Shown here in pieces: positions 1-10,083 of a stretch of 64,000 nt of DNA. The DNA lies in contig CALWKG010000004.1 of assembly GCA_944381205.1 (NCBI GenBank), positions 28,868-92,867 of the forward strand, written 5' to 3'. Numbering within the stretch: position 1 is the first letter of the stretch; every line of letters starts with the position of its first letter. Position numbers and translations under genes: made by a program. Source of the DNA: an uncultured Clostridia bacterium. Lineage in GTDB: Bacteria; Bacillota; Clostridia; Christensenellales; UBA1242. Below the pieces are notes generated by a model that was given only the letters and a program-made list of their open reading frames with translations, had not been told where the DNA came from and made no database searches.

Positions 1-548
1 ATACTTTTGATTAAAATTATCCCCAAAATCACTACGATAATTACACTAAGATAAGGCAATAACGACTCCCACCACGAAGGACCTACAACAATTTGGTCGT
101 AGTCAATTTCGGTTAGTTTTTCTTCTTCTGTTTTTCCTTCGTTATAGACTTGGACGTACTCGTTGTACTCCTTAATCAAACCTTCCAATTCTTCTAAGTA
201 GGTGGAAGATATAAACTGAAAATTGTAGTCGCAAAACCCAGTGATGTTGTTCACACTGTATTTGCTATCTTTCAAAATTATATACCCGCCAGAAGACGTC
301 ACTCTGATGTAGGCAATTTTGTTTTTGCCTTTGCTAAAATCCCATTCCTTTTCTGGCGAAGTGTCCGCTGTGTTGTACTCGGCACCAATTAAAGACTGTA
401 CACTATTTTCACTGCCCAAAATTTTTATCCTTTGCCCCAAATCGCCACCCTGCGTAAGCCAAAGAAGTAAAACAATCGCTAAAATAGAGATAATTACAAT
501 GCCCCAACTTCTAAATTTTGCACCGTTGCTATTTTTACCTGTGTTCAA
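1..548 (-). CDS. Partial CDS (3' end lies beyond window start): predicted membrane protein with hydrophobic helices near both ends
   Basis: Not in ORF track (no stop in window). Manual minus-strand translation is open from TTG at 548-546 (GGAGGA 6 nt upstream) to base 1: LNTGKNSNGAKFRSWGIVIISILAIVLLLW...SWWESLLPYLSVIIVVILGIILIKS. No family recognised. Confidence 0.45.
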   Translation of the reverse strand, partial: MNTGKNSNGAKFRSWGIVIISILAIVLLLWLTQGGDLGQRIKILGSENSVQSLIGAEYNTADTSPEKEWDFSKGKNKIAYIRVTSSGGYIILKDSKYSVNNITGFCDYNFQFISSTYLEELEGLIKEYNEYVQVYNEGKTEEEKLTEIDYDQIVVGPSWWESLLPYLSVIIVVILGIILIKS

Positions 549-1592
549 ACGATTTTCCTCCAATTTAACGAAACTATATTACCATATAAATATTTATAAA
601 TCAATCAAAATAACACACTTGTGATTAAATATTTTTGACAAATATTTTATATTATTCCCAATTTCGTTTAAACTATAAAAAAACACATAATTCCCGGTTT
701 TATCTAAAATTTTATATCAAAACATATTTAAAGAATATAAAGTAGTTATCCGTCTGAGTATTTCAATCATTCCTATAAAGGCAATTAGGCTTGCCTTACA
801 AAAAAACCACCTTTATAATAAAATAATCTTTACGGGTTTTTTAACATATAAGTAATGCTTTCGACCATTAATTCGGCTTATAATATATAATATAATGCAG
901 TTTTTTTTAATAATTTAGTAAAAATCGAATATTTGGTCTAAAAAACATTCTCATTTTAATCTTCTAATTGTTTTTAAGTTCTATCTATAAAAAGATAGAG
1001 ATTATAACTATCTTATATCGGCTTTATAGATTATTTATGTCATACAAATACTTATTTCTATTTTAAAAATATATGTATGTTATTATTTTAATCGTATATG
1101 TTAGTTGTATATATAGAAGTATTATATATGTGGTGGTTTAGTCTTATGTTTTAATTGTATAAAACTAATATAAATGATAATTTTATAAATTTATAATTGT
1201 AAATTTACCTATAATTGTTTAATCGAATATATTATTTAATCATACTTGGTTATAATTTTACTTATACTTGTAAATCCTTAATTATTTGATAACCAATTAA
1301 TTTTTAATCATTTATATTTAGTTATGCAACTATAACTAATTTTGTTTTTATAACTAATTTTGTTTTATTTCATAATACTTATAATAATTCATCTACATAC
1401 TAGTAGTCCACTACCAACAATTAATTAAATTAATCTGATGGCATTAAGTTATAATTTTTTAATACAATTTTTATTATTTATAACTTATTTAAATACTATT
1501 TATTTCACATTATAATTATTAGTTTTTATTAACCTTATACACAACTACCATCTTGTTGTTAATGTTAAATTATTATAAATGTTATTTGCTAG

Positions 1593-1601
1593 TTATCCAC
1601 A
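1593..1601 (+). promoter_or_regulatory. Perfect DnaA box TTATCCACA; two degenerate boxes follow (TGTTGATAA 1615-1623, TTGTTCACA 1641-1649)
   Basis: Exact match to the 9-mer DnaA-box consensus read directly; neighbours have 1-2 mismatches. Confidence 0.5.
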
Positions 1602-1789
1602 TTTTTCTCATTTATGTTGATAACTTTTTATAAATAAAGATTGTTCACATATTGTTTATAACTTTTAAATAAAAAATACCAACATAAATTTGATATTTGA
1701 TTTATAAGTAAAAAGTATGCAATTAAAAACATAAGATTAAATATAAAGAACATCAATAAAAAAATCAAAGGGTTATTATAACTTAAATC

Positions 1790-2236
<447 letters not shown>

Positions 2237-2292
2237 AATATCTATTTGTTTACAAGGAACGCAAAATTGCATAACAACTAATATTCAGTAAA

Positions 2293-2308
2293 TGTTTCAC
2301 GTGGAACA
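2293..2308. promoter_or_regulatory. parS: parS centromere site (TGTTTCACGTGGAACA)
   Basis: Reverse complement is TGTTCCACGTGAAACA, the B. subtilis parS consensus 16-mer. Confidence 0.85.
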
Positions 2309-2692
2309 ATTTAAGTTGGTTGTTTTATTCGAATGTTATTATTTTCAACTTTTTTAAAAAATAAAAGACAAGATAAAAAAAATCACAAAAAATCTTATAA
2401 TATTTGGCAAAAAAATAACCATCTCTAAAACGTTCTCAGACAGAATAATAAAAAGTTATTAAGTATAAAATGTCATTAATTTTTGTTTTTTTAACCTTTT
2501 TATAATGTCCAAAAAAAATTGATTGTAAAAATCTATACTCAACAAATACTCGTTTAGTTTTTAAAAATGTGACGAAGTACAAAAATAATAAATATGCAAC
2601 ATAATTAACAATATTTTAAAAGTTATACAAAAAAAAATAAATCTACAACACATAATTTAAAAATTAATTATAATAAAGTATTTAGTCAAAAA

Positions 2693-2708
2693 TGTTTCAC
2701 GTGAAACA
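2693..2708. promoter_or_regulatory. parS: parS centromere site, perfect palindrome TGTTTCACGTGAAACA
   Basis: 16-bp perfect palindrome, one base from the B. subtilis consensus and within the conserved tGTTNCACGTGAAACa pattern. Confidence 0.85.
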
Positions 2709-2871
2709 TTTTAAAACTATTAAAGGATAAATCTTAATGTAAAAGAATTGGCATAGTAAAAAAATAGTAAACAAAAAAACATTGTGAAGCCATTAAACAA
2801 TAATGGAATTATTGTTGAGCAAAATAATAATTGTAAAAAAACATAAAACATATAATAAAATAAAACAAAAA

Positions 2872-2887
2872 TGTTTCACGTGGAACA
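2872..2887. promoter_or_regulatory. parS: parS centromere site (TGTTTCACGTGGAACA)
   Basis: Exact copy of the 2293 site; heads the second ~175-bp repeat unit. Confidence 0.85.
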
Positions 2888-3042
2888 ATTTAAAAATATT
2901 AAAAGATAAATTTTAATGTAAAAGAATTGGCATAGTAAATAAATAGTAATACAAAAACATTGTGAAGCCGTTAAACAATAATAAAATTATTATTACGCAG
3001 AATAATAATTGTAAAATATCATATAATAAAATAAAACAAAAA

Positions 3043-3058
3043 TGTTTCACGTGGAACA
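3043..3058. promoter_or_regulatory. parS: parS centromere site (TGTTTCACGTGGAACA)
   Basis: Exact copy; heads a third, truncated repeat unit. Confidence 0.85.
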
Positions 3059-3298
3059 TTTTACATTAAACGAATTAGTTTATTTATATGGGTTTTAATA
3101 ATTAAATATTGATTTTAAAATATAATGTTTCGACATAAATAATATAAAGTATTTGAATATTGTTTGCAGGAGAATTATAAAAAAATTAATATAAGTAAGG
3201 TTTATTTAGAAAAATAGAAACAAAATATATAATTTGTTTAAATTGAAAAACATTTATTATATAAAATAAAATCATATCTTTTATAATTGCTATACCAA

Positions 3299-3525
3299 GA
3301 TAAAAACATTTGTTTTGTAATTATAATAATGTGATAAATAATTTGTTATGTAATTAAAATAATAAAATAAGACATTTATTTCGTAATTAGTACAATGAGA
3401 TAAAAAAATGGTTATGTAATTAATACAACGAGATAAAAAATTTGTTATGCAATTATTGTAATGCAATAAAAAATTTTGGTATATAGTTAATATAATGAGA
3501 TAAAAACATTTGTTTTGTAATTGCC
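3299..3525. repeat. Array of about seven degenerate ~33-bp direct repeats (GATAAAAACATTTGTTTTGTAATT-type)
   Basis: First and last units share an identical 24-mer GATAAAAACATTTGTTTTGTAATT (3299-3322 and 3499-3522) exactly 200 bp apart. Five degenerate units (GATAAATAATTTGTTATGTAATT, GATAAAAAAATGGTTATGTAATT, GATAAAAAATTTGTTATGCAATT and others) lie between. Confidence 0.75.
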
Positions 3526-3558
3526 ATTAAAAATAGGTATAAAAACAACGTCAAAAAA

Positions 3559-3583
3559 TAAAAAAACAATCTAATTAAGATTG
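3559..3583 (-). terminator. Possible weak intrinsic terminator after parB
   Basis: CAATCT-AATTA-AGATTG hairpin followed, on the minus strand, by a T7 run. The stem is short and AT-rich. Confidence 0.3.
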
Positions 3584-3656
3584 CTTTTTATATGGGTTAA
3601 AACTCTTATTTATAAGTTTATACTAATATTATCTCTCTAATTTATATATACAAATA

Positions 3657-4550
3657 TTATCTTTCTAATTTATCTAAGAAAGAACAAATTCTATCCAAAT
3701 CGTCTTGGTTAAAGTAAGCAATAGAAATTTTACCTTTATTATCGTCACCAACAATTTTAACTTTTGTTCTAAATAATCTTTGTAGGCGGTGTCCAAGTTC
3801 TTTAAGTTCTATACTTTGGATAACTTTTTCTCTTACAGAAGGGGTTCTTTGCCCTGGCTTTTCATTTCTAATTAGGTTTTCTAAATCACGAACTGTTAAC
3901 CTGTTTTCTATTACAAGTTTAGCAAGTTCCACTTGCTTATGTTTATCTTCTACTGCGACAAGACATTTCCCGTGCCCAGCAGAAATTTTATTTTGTTCTA
4001 TCATTTCTATTACTTCTGGTGACAAGGAAAGCAATCTAAGGGTATTTGCTACTAGTGGTCTACTTTTGCCAATTCTGTCTGCGACTGTTTCTTGTGTAAA
4101 GTTATATTCGGTCATTAACTCACGGATTGCCTTTGCGGCTTCAATAGGGTTAAGGTCTTCTCTTTGAAGGTTTTCAACAAGAGAAACTTCCTTTATTTGT
4201 CGTTCTGAGTATTTTCTCACAATGGCAGGGATTGTTTTAAGCCCCGCATTAATTGATGCCCTAAACCTTCTCTCGCCCGCGATAATAGTATATCTGCCAT
4301 TTTTTTCTTCATTTACTATAATTGGCTGAATTATACCGTGTTGTTTAATAGATTCGGTTAATTCCTTTAAACTATTTGCGTCAAATCTCTTTCTAGGCTG
4401 GTTTTTATTAGGGTCAATCTTCCTAATATCTATTTCGTTAACACCTACGGCATTGTCGCTTTGCTGTGTGCTATTAACTTTTTGCTCCTTTTCTTCGTCT
4501 TCATAAATAGAAAACAATGCGTCTAAACCTTTTCCTAATCCTCTTTTCAT
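3657..4550 (-). CDS. parB: Chromosome partitioning protein ParB/Spo0J
   Basis: ORF track 3657..4565. Has KRGLGKGLDALF N-terminus, the GERRFRA ParB box and an HTH region, and lies downstream of parA. I prefer the ATG at 4550 (GGAG 9 nt upstream) over 4565. Confidence 0.93.
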   Translation of the reverse strand: MKRGLGKGLDALFSIYEDEEKEQKVNSTQQSDNAVGVNEIDIRKIDPNKNQPRKRFDANSLKELTESIKQHGIIQPIIVNEEKNGRYTIIAGERRFRASINAGLKTIPAIVRKYSERQIKEVSLVENLQREDLNPIEAAKAIRELMTEYNFTQETVADRIGKSRPLVANTLRLLSLSPEVIEMIEQNKISAGHGKCLVAVEDKHKQVELAKLVIENRLTVRDLENLIRNEKPGQRTPSVREKVIQSIELKELGHRLQRLFRTKVKIVGDDNKGKISIAYFNQDDLDRICSFLDKLER

Positions 4551-4630
4551 AATTTTTTTCTCCATTTTTTACCGACCGACTGTATTTTTAAAATATCTTT
4601 AAGTTATAAATATACTATTTATAAACATAT

Positions 4631-4639
4631 TGTGGATAA
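4631..4639 (-). promoter_or_regulatory. Perfect DnaA box (TGTGGATAA on plus strand) in the parA-parB spacer
   Basis: Exact reverse complement of TTATCCACA. Confidence 0.45.
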
Positions 4640-4655
4640 AACCGATTGTTCGAAA

Positions 4656-5447
4656 TTAAAACTTGGTTATGTTTTTATAACTATCTTTATTTCTATTTAA
4701 AAATTCTTTTGCCAAATCAAAATATGCAACCCCGCCCTTGCTTTTTGCGTCATAGGTCATAATAGGTTTGCCGTGGCTAGGGGCTTCTGCCAATCTAATA
4801 CTGCGTGGGATAGACGTTTCGTACACCTTTTTGCCAAAAAATCTTTTAATTTCCTGCGAAACTTCTTGAATTAAGTTAGAGCGGTTATCTTTCATAGTCA
4901 AAATAACCCCTTCTACGTCGATTTCTTCGTTTAGGTGTTTTTTTACAAGTTTGATTGTGTTCATAAGTTGGGTTAAACCTTCTAGCGCAAAAAATTCGCA
5001 CTGGATAGGTATTACAACCGAATTGCTTGTTGTAAGCGCATTAATGGTAAGTAGCCCAAGTGAAGGCGGGCAGTCAATTAAAATGTAATTGTAGTTATCC
5101 CTGACTTTATCTAGCAGTTTTTTTACAACCTTTTCTCTACCCTTCATACTTACAAGTTCTACTTCTGCGCCGGCAAGGTCAACCGTGGCGGGAATAATAT
5201 CTAGATTACTAATGCTAGTAGGTCTAATGACGTCTAAAATGTCCTTATCCCCATCTATTGCGTCATACAACGTGATAATTTTTTGATTTTTTGTAATCCC
5301 CAAACCGCTTGTAGCATTACCCTGCGGGTCCATATCAACTACCAAAACTTTTTTACCCAACGCGGACAAATAAGAAGCCAAGTTTATACAAGTAGTCGTC
5401 TTACCAACACCGCCTTTTTGATTTGCAAATGAAACAATTTTTCCCAT
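4656..5447 (-). CDS. parA: Chromosome partitioning ATPase ParA/Soj
   Basis: Deviant Walker A (QKGGVGKTTT), full-length ParA-like translation, GAGGGA RBS. Confidence 0.93.
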   Translation of the reverse strand: MGKIVSFANQKGGVGKTTTCINLASYLSALGKKVLVVDMDPQGNATSGLGITKNQKIITLYDAIDGDKDILDVIRPTSISNLDIIPATVDLAGAEVELVSMKGREKVVKKLLDKVRDNYNYILIDCPPSLGLLTINALTTSNSVVIPIQCEFFALEGLTQLMNTIKLVKKHLNEEIDVEGVILTMKDNRSNLIQEVSQEIKRFFGKKVYETSIPRSIRLAEAPSHGKPIMTYDAKSKGGVAYFDLAKEFLNRNKDSYKNITKF

Positions 5448-5715
5448 ACTATCCCTCTTATGAACATTATAGCAAAGATTTAAAAAAAACCTAACAAAAT
5501 TATTAACTTTTTATAAACAAAATATTTTTGTGTAAAATTTTTATAACTTTGTTTGTATTTATTAACTTAAAAAACAATACTTAGTACTTTTAAATATTTT
5601 TTAGAATTTTTGGCTACATTAAATAAAATTCTCTCATTTAAGACTATTTTTTAAGTTTTTATTATGAAAAATAAGGTTTTATAAGAAAATTTCGTTAGTT
5701 ATGTAAATATAACTA

Positions 5716-6417
5716 TTACAGTGGGGCGGTTCTTGGCTTATTGTTTTTTCTTGGATAGGTGCTACTAGTCGCGGACAGTTTGTTGATTACTAAGATTTTT
5801 CTTACCATATTTTCAAAATCGCAATCGACTATTTTTTCTATCTTTCCGCCAAGGGTATTAATTGCGTTTTTGGAAAGTTGTATTTCCTGCTCGATATCTT
5901 CTGACTTATATGCCAAAAATTTTCCGTTTTGCTTTAAAAAGGGAAGGGCATACTCGCACAGAGTGTTTAACTTTGCAACTGCCCTTGCAAGCACAAAGTC
6001 AAAACTTTCCCTATAATTTATTTGGTGCGCCAAATCTTCTATGCGGGAGTGAATGGCGCGAATGTTTTTAAGGTTTAACTTGTCAATGACTTCGTTTAAA
6101 AAGGTAACTTTTTTATTAACACTGTCAACCAAAGTTATATCTAAACTGGGATTTAAAATTTTTAGCGGAATACTTGGAAATCCCGCCCCTGCACCGATGT
6201 CGATAATTTTTGAATTGTCATTTATTAAAGCCAAACCTTTTAGGCTATCCAAAAAGTGCTTTATAATGACATCTTTTTTATCTGTAATGGCGGTTAAATT
6301 AAATTTTTGGTTCCAAATAAGCAAAAGTTGGTAGTAGTCTTCAAACTGCTTTATTTGGTCGGAATTAATAAAAATGTTGTTTCTTTCAAAAATCTGTTTT
6401 ATTTCTTCCATAGTCAT
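5716..6417 (-). CDS. rsmG: 16S rRNA (guanine527-N7)-methyltransferase RsmG (GidB)
   Basis: SAM motif DIGAGAGFP. Its start overlaps the mnmG stop (TAATG). Canonical mnmG-rsmG synteny. Confidence 0.9.
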   Translation of the reverse strand: MTMEEIKQIFERNNIFINSDQIKQFEDYYQLLLIWNQKFNLTAITDKKDVIIKHFLDSLKGLALINDNSKIIDIGAGAGFPSIPLKILNPSLDITLVDSVNKKVTFLNEVIDKLNLKNIRAIHSRIEDLAHQINYRESFDFVLARAVAKLNTLCEYALPFLKQNGKFLAYKSEDIEQEIQLSKNAINTLGGKIEKIVDCDFENMVRKILVINKLSATSSTYPRKNNKPRTAPL

Positions 6418-8285
6418 TAACTCCTTTTTGATTTTCTTTTATTTAAAGATAAATAAACAGTTAAAACCGAAATATCCGCCGGGGAAACCCCACTAATTCT
6501 GCTCGCTTGTCCAAGGGTTAGCGGTTTGTGTAAATTCAACTTTTGCCTTGCTTCTAGCCTAAGTCCTTTTATTTTGGAGTAGTCGAAATCCTGATTAAGT
6601 TTAATTTCTTCATTTTTTTTCATCTGGTTTATTAAAATCTCTTGTCTTTTAAGGTATCCTTCGTACTTAATTTCGGTTTCGACATACTTTAAAATATTTT
6701 TATCTATACCCTTAAACAAATTAAACTTTTGGTCTATATCAAAGATGCTAACTGAGTTTCTCTTTAAAAGTTCTCGTGCTGTTTGGGGTAAAATTTGGGT
6801 ACTTTCTTGCTTTTGTTGTAGCAAGTTTCTGACGTCACTTGCCCTTAATTTTTGTGATAAAATTTTATAAACCTTATCAATTTTTTTTAGTTTGTTGCAA
6901 AACTTTTTGTACCTGTAATCGTCCACCAAGCCGACATCTCTGCCTATTTGTGTAAGCCTAATATCCGCGTTGTCCTGCCTTAATAAAAGTCTGTATTCGG
7001 CACGGCTAGTCATCATACGGTAAGGCTCATTTGTTCCTTTGGTTACAAGGTCGTCTATCAAAACCCCGATATAAGCCTGGTCCCTACGCAAAATCAAAGG
7101 CTCCTTGTTTTTTAACTTGTTATTGGCATTAATTCCCGCTATTAGCCCCTGCGCCGCGGCTTCTTCGTAACCACTTGTGCCGTTTATTTGCCCTGCGAAA
7201 AATAGGTTTTGTACCTTTTTTGATTCTAGTGTAGGCAAAAGGTCTAGGGAAGATATACAGTCGTATTCTATTGCGTACGCGTTTCGCAAAATCTTAACGT
7301 TTTCAAAGCCGTCAACACTTTTGTACATTTCTTCCTGAACGTCCCTTGGCATAGAAGAACTAAACCCCTGAACGTAAATTTCGTTGCCGTACTTGTCTTC
7401 TGGCTCTAAAAAAATCTGGTGCCTTGTCTTATCCGCAAATCTAACCACTTTGTCTTCTATGGAAGGGCAATACCTAGGCCCCACACCCTTAATCATTCCG
7501 CTAAACATAGGCGCACGGTCAAGGTTGTTCCTTATGATTTGGTGGGTCTTTTCGTTAGTGTAACCTAGGTAGCAAACCGCGACATTTTTTGGTTGCTTTT
7601 TGGTTAAAAAGGAAAAGGTTTGTATCCCGTCGTCGCCCTTTTGGCACTCAAACTTTGAGTAGTCTATCGACGACTTTAAAACCCGCGCAGGAGTGCCGGT
7701 TTTAAACCTGAGTATGTCAAATCCAAGGTCGCGAAGGGAAGAAGACAACCCGTGCGAATTGACAAACCCGTTAGGGCCTTGGTCTTTGGTGTATTCGCCA
7801 ATTATTATTTTGCTTTCAAGGTAAACCCCCGTGCAGACGACCACCGCCTTTGCCAAAATTTCTTCTCCAAAAGCGGTTTTTATACCTTTAACCTTTCCGT
7901 CGCAAGCCAAAATTTCTACCACTTCGCACTGCATTATGTCTAGGTTTTTTTGGTTTTCTAAAACGCTTTTCATATCGCTGTGATACGCGTGCTTGTCCAC
8001 CTGCGCCCTAAGACTCTGAACCGCCACACCTTTGCCGGTGTTTAGTAGCCTTAGTTGCAAAATATTCCTATCCGACACTTTGCCCATTTCACCGCCTAGG
8101 GCATCTATTTCGCTAACAAGTTGCCCCTTTGCCGTTCCGCCAATGGACGGATTGCAGGCAAGAAAACTAATACTGTCTAGGTTTAACGTGGTAAGCAAAG
8201 TGCTGTTGTTTAGCCTTGCCAATGCTAGCGCGCTTTCGACCCCCGCGTGCCCACTACCTACTACTATTACGTCGTACTCTTTCAT
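6417..8285 (-). CDS. mnmG: tRNA uridine 5-carboxymethylaminomethyl modification enzyme MnmG (GidA)
   Basis: N-terminal FAD motif YDVIVVGSGHAGVESA, 622 aa, conserved throughout by recall of the family. Confidence 0.95.
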   Translation of the reverse strand: MKEYDVIVVGSGHAGVESALALARLNNSTLLTTLNLDSISFLACNPSIGGTAKGQLVSEIDALGGEMGKVSDRNILQLRLLNTGKGVAVQSLRAQVDKHAYHSDMKSVLENQKNLDIMQCEVVEILACDGKVKGIKTAFGEEILAKAVVVCTGVYLESKIIIGEYTKDQGPNGFVNSHGLSSSLRDLGFDILRFKTGTPARVLKSSIDYSKFECQKGDDGIQTFSFLTKKQPKNVAVCYLGYTNEKTHQIIRNNLDRAPMFSGMIKGVGPRYCPSIEDKVVRFADKTRHQIFLEPEDKYGNEIYVQGFSSSMPRDVQEEMYKSVDGFENVKILRNAYAIEYDCISSLDLLPTLESKKVQNLFFAGQINGTSGYEEAAAQGLIAGINANNKLKNKEPLILRRDQAYIGVLIDDLVTKGTNEPYRMMTSRAEYRLLLRQDNADIRLTQIGRDVGLVDDYRYKKFCNKLKKIDKVYKILSQKLRASDVRNLLQQKQESTQILPQTARELLKRNSVSIFDIDQKFNLFKGIDKNILKYVETEIKYEGYLKRQEILINQMKKNEEIKLNQDFDYSKIKGLRLEARQKLNLHKPLTLGQASRISGVSPADISVLTVYLSLNKRKSKRS

Positions 8286-8289
8286 CTTT

Positions 8290-9627
8290 TTATTTCCCCA
8301 AACAAAACTTAGAAAAAATTTTGTCTATGACTTTTTCGTTTGTCGTTTCGCCCGTTATTTCTCCCAACTTTTCGTACACTTGCCTTATGTCTAGCGATAC
8401 CAAATCTAGCGAATTATCCATAATTGTTTTTAGAGTGGCTTCAATCAAAATTTTTGCTTCTTTAAGTATTTCCACGTGGCGAGTGTTGGTTAAAATTATA
8501 CTGCTATTTGTAACGCAACCGTCCAAAGACAAATCGTATATTTTCTTCTTCAAATCTTCTATGTTTATGTTTTGCTTCGCGCTGATTTTTATTATTTCAC
8601 CGCTTAAATTTACCTTTTGTTTAAGGTCAATTTTGTTTAAAACTACTATGCGTTTTTTGTTTTTGGTTATCTCCAAATTTTCCTTGTCCTGCTCGTCCAA
8701 ATCCTTGCTTGCGTCTATTACAAGTAGCACAATGTCGCTTTCGTTTAAAGCCTGCTTTGCCTTTTGAATTCCTATGTTTTCTACCTTGTCGTCGGTTTTT
8801 CTTATCCCCGCTGTGTCTAAAAAATTAAACCTTATCCCGCTATATTCGGTAGTGCCAATTACTATGTCCCTAGTGGTGCCTTCTATGTCCGTAACGATGG
8901 CTTGCTCACTGCCAATTAGGGCATTTAGTAAACTACTTTTGCCGACATTCGTCTTGCCAATAATGGCTATATTTATCCCGTTTTTTATTAACCGTCCTTG
9001 CTTTTGCGTGCTTAGTAAATCGGTTATTTTTTGGTAAATTTTTTCGGTTTCTGCTTTAATTTTTTCCTTTGTGGCATACTCAATGTCGTGTTCTGGATAG
9101 TCCAAATTTACTTCTATCTCGCTCATTAAATCGGTTAGTTTTTCCTGCAATTCCTGTACGGTTTTTGTCAAAATACCTTTTTGCAAACTACTGCTTGCCC
9201 GCAGTTCGCTCTCGCTTTCGGCATTTATGGTGTCTATAACTCCTTCGGCTTGGTCTAGGCTCATTTTTCCGTTTAAAAATGCCCGCTTGGAAAACTCTCC
9301 CGGATTAGCCAGTTTTGCCCCAAGCGAAATTGCTTTTTCAACAATTTTTTGGGTGACAACTATCCCCCCGTGACATTGAAATTCCACCGTGTCTTCACCC
9401 GTGTAGGAGTGCGGTTCTTTAAAATAAACCATAAACCCAAGGTCGCTTGCATCACCCAAATTAACCCTACCCAAAACCAAACAATTAGGTGCAAATTCCG
9501 CATCTTTTTTAAGTGGGGAAAACATCTTTTTCCCAATCTTTAAACTATCTTTTCCGCTAATTCTAACCACCCCAATTCCGCTTTTTCCGTACGGGGTAGA
9601 AATAGCAACAATCGTATCTTCTAACAT
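8290..9627 (-). CDS. mnmE: tRNA modification GTPase MnmE (TrmE)
   Basis: G-domain GKTNVGKSSLLN, DTAGIR, and the C-terminal CLGK motif typical of MnmE. Confidence 0.95.
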   Translation of the reverse strand: MLEDTIVAISTPYGKSGIGVVRISGKDSLKIGKKMFSPLKKDAEFAPNCLVLGRVNLGDASDLGFMVYFKEPHSYTGEDTVEFQCHGGIVVTQKIVEKAISLGAKLANPGEFSKRAFLNGKMSLDQAEGVIDTINAESESELRASSSLQKGILTKTVQELQEKLTDLMSEIEVNLDYPEHDIEYATKEKIKAETEKIYQKITDLLSTQKQGRLIKNGINIAIIGKTNVGKSSLLNALIGSEQAIVTDIEGTTRDIVIGTTEYSGIRFNFLDTAGIRKTDDKVENIGIQKAKQALNESDIVLLVIDASKDLDEQDKENLEITKNKKRIVVLNKIDLKQKVNLSGEIIKISAKQNINIEDLKKKIYDLSLDGCVTNSSIILTNTRHVEILKEAKILIEATLKTIMDNSLDLVSLDIRQVYEKLGEITGETTNEKVIDKIFSKFCLGK

Positions 9628-10083
9628 AACACAAGTATTATATCACACAAATTTTTCACTTTCTACTATTTTTAGAAAATTAGTTTTATTTGTCCATAAA
9701 CTATTTTTAAACTTTTAAAATTTATTTGTTTTTTACAAAAAATTTTTGTCATTTACAAAGGTTTTAAAAAAATTATTAAGTTTTTTTGTTATAAAAATTA
9801 TTGCAATCATTTTTAAAATTAAGTATAAATTTTTGTGAAAAAATTGCGAAAAATTTTCTATATTTTTTTAAAATATATTGTGAATTTTTTGTGAAAAACT
9901 TTTAATTTTTTATATAATTTTTATTTGCTTTTTTATTAGGTTTTAACTTAGGATTATTAGATTAAAAGTTGCAAAAATATTTATACTTTTATTACAAAAA
10001 ATACACCATATTTTTTGATGTATTTTTTTAATTTTAGTATTAATATTTTTTTATTTTTATGTCTTATGCCCTAAATAATTTTT

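Larger units (their letters stand above)
2686..3075. repeat. About 2.1 copies of a ~175-bp tandem direct repeat, each unit starting with a parS site
   Basis: Units CAAAAATGTTTCACGTG(A/G)AACA...TAATGTAAAAGAATTGGCATAGTAAA...CATTGTGAAGCC(A/G)TTAAACAATAAT... align by eye from about 2686 and 2865, with a third start about 3036. Unit 1 also holds the palindrome AACAATAAT-N4-ATTATTGTT. Confidence 0.8.

Noticed and set aside
319-624. 101-aa plus-strand ORF
   Set aside because: It lies antisense to a longer open minus-strand frame (1-548) that has a GGAGGA RBS and a sensible membrane-protein translation, and it has no RBS of its own.
8216-8767. 183-aa plus-strand ORF; likewise other antisense ORFs inside mnmG, mnmE, jag, yidC, dnaA, the ATPase (for example 31286-31726), glmS and tsaC (50184-50783)
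   Set aside because: All lie entirely within, and antisense to, well-supported conserved genes. Their translations are low-complexity, Ser/Phe/Leu-rich sequences typical of antisense frames in AT-rich genomes.
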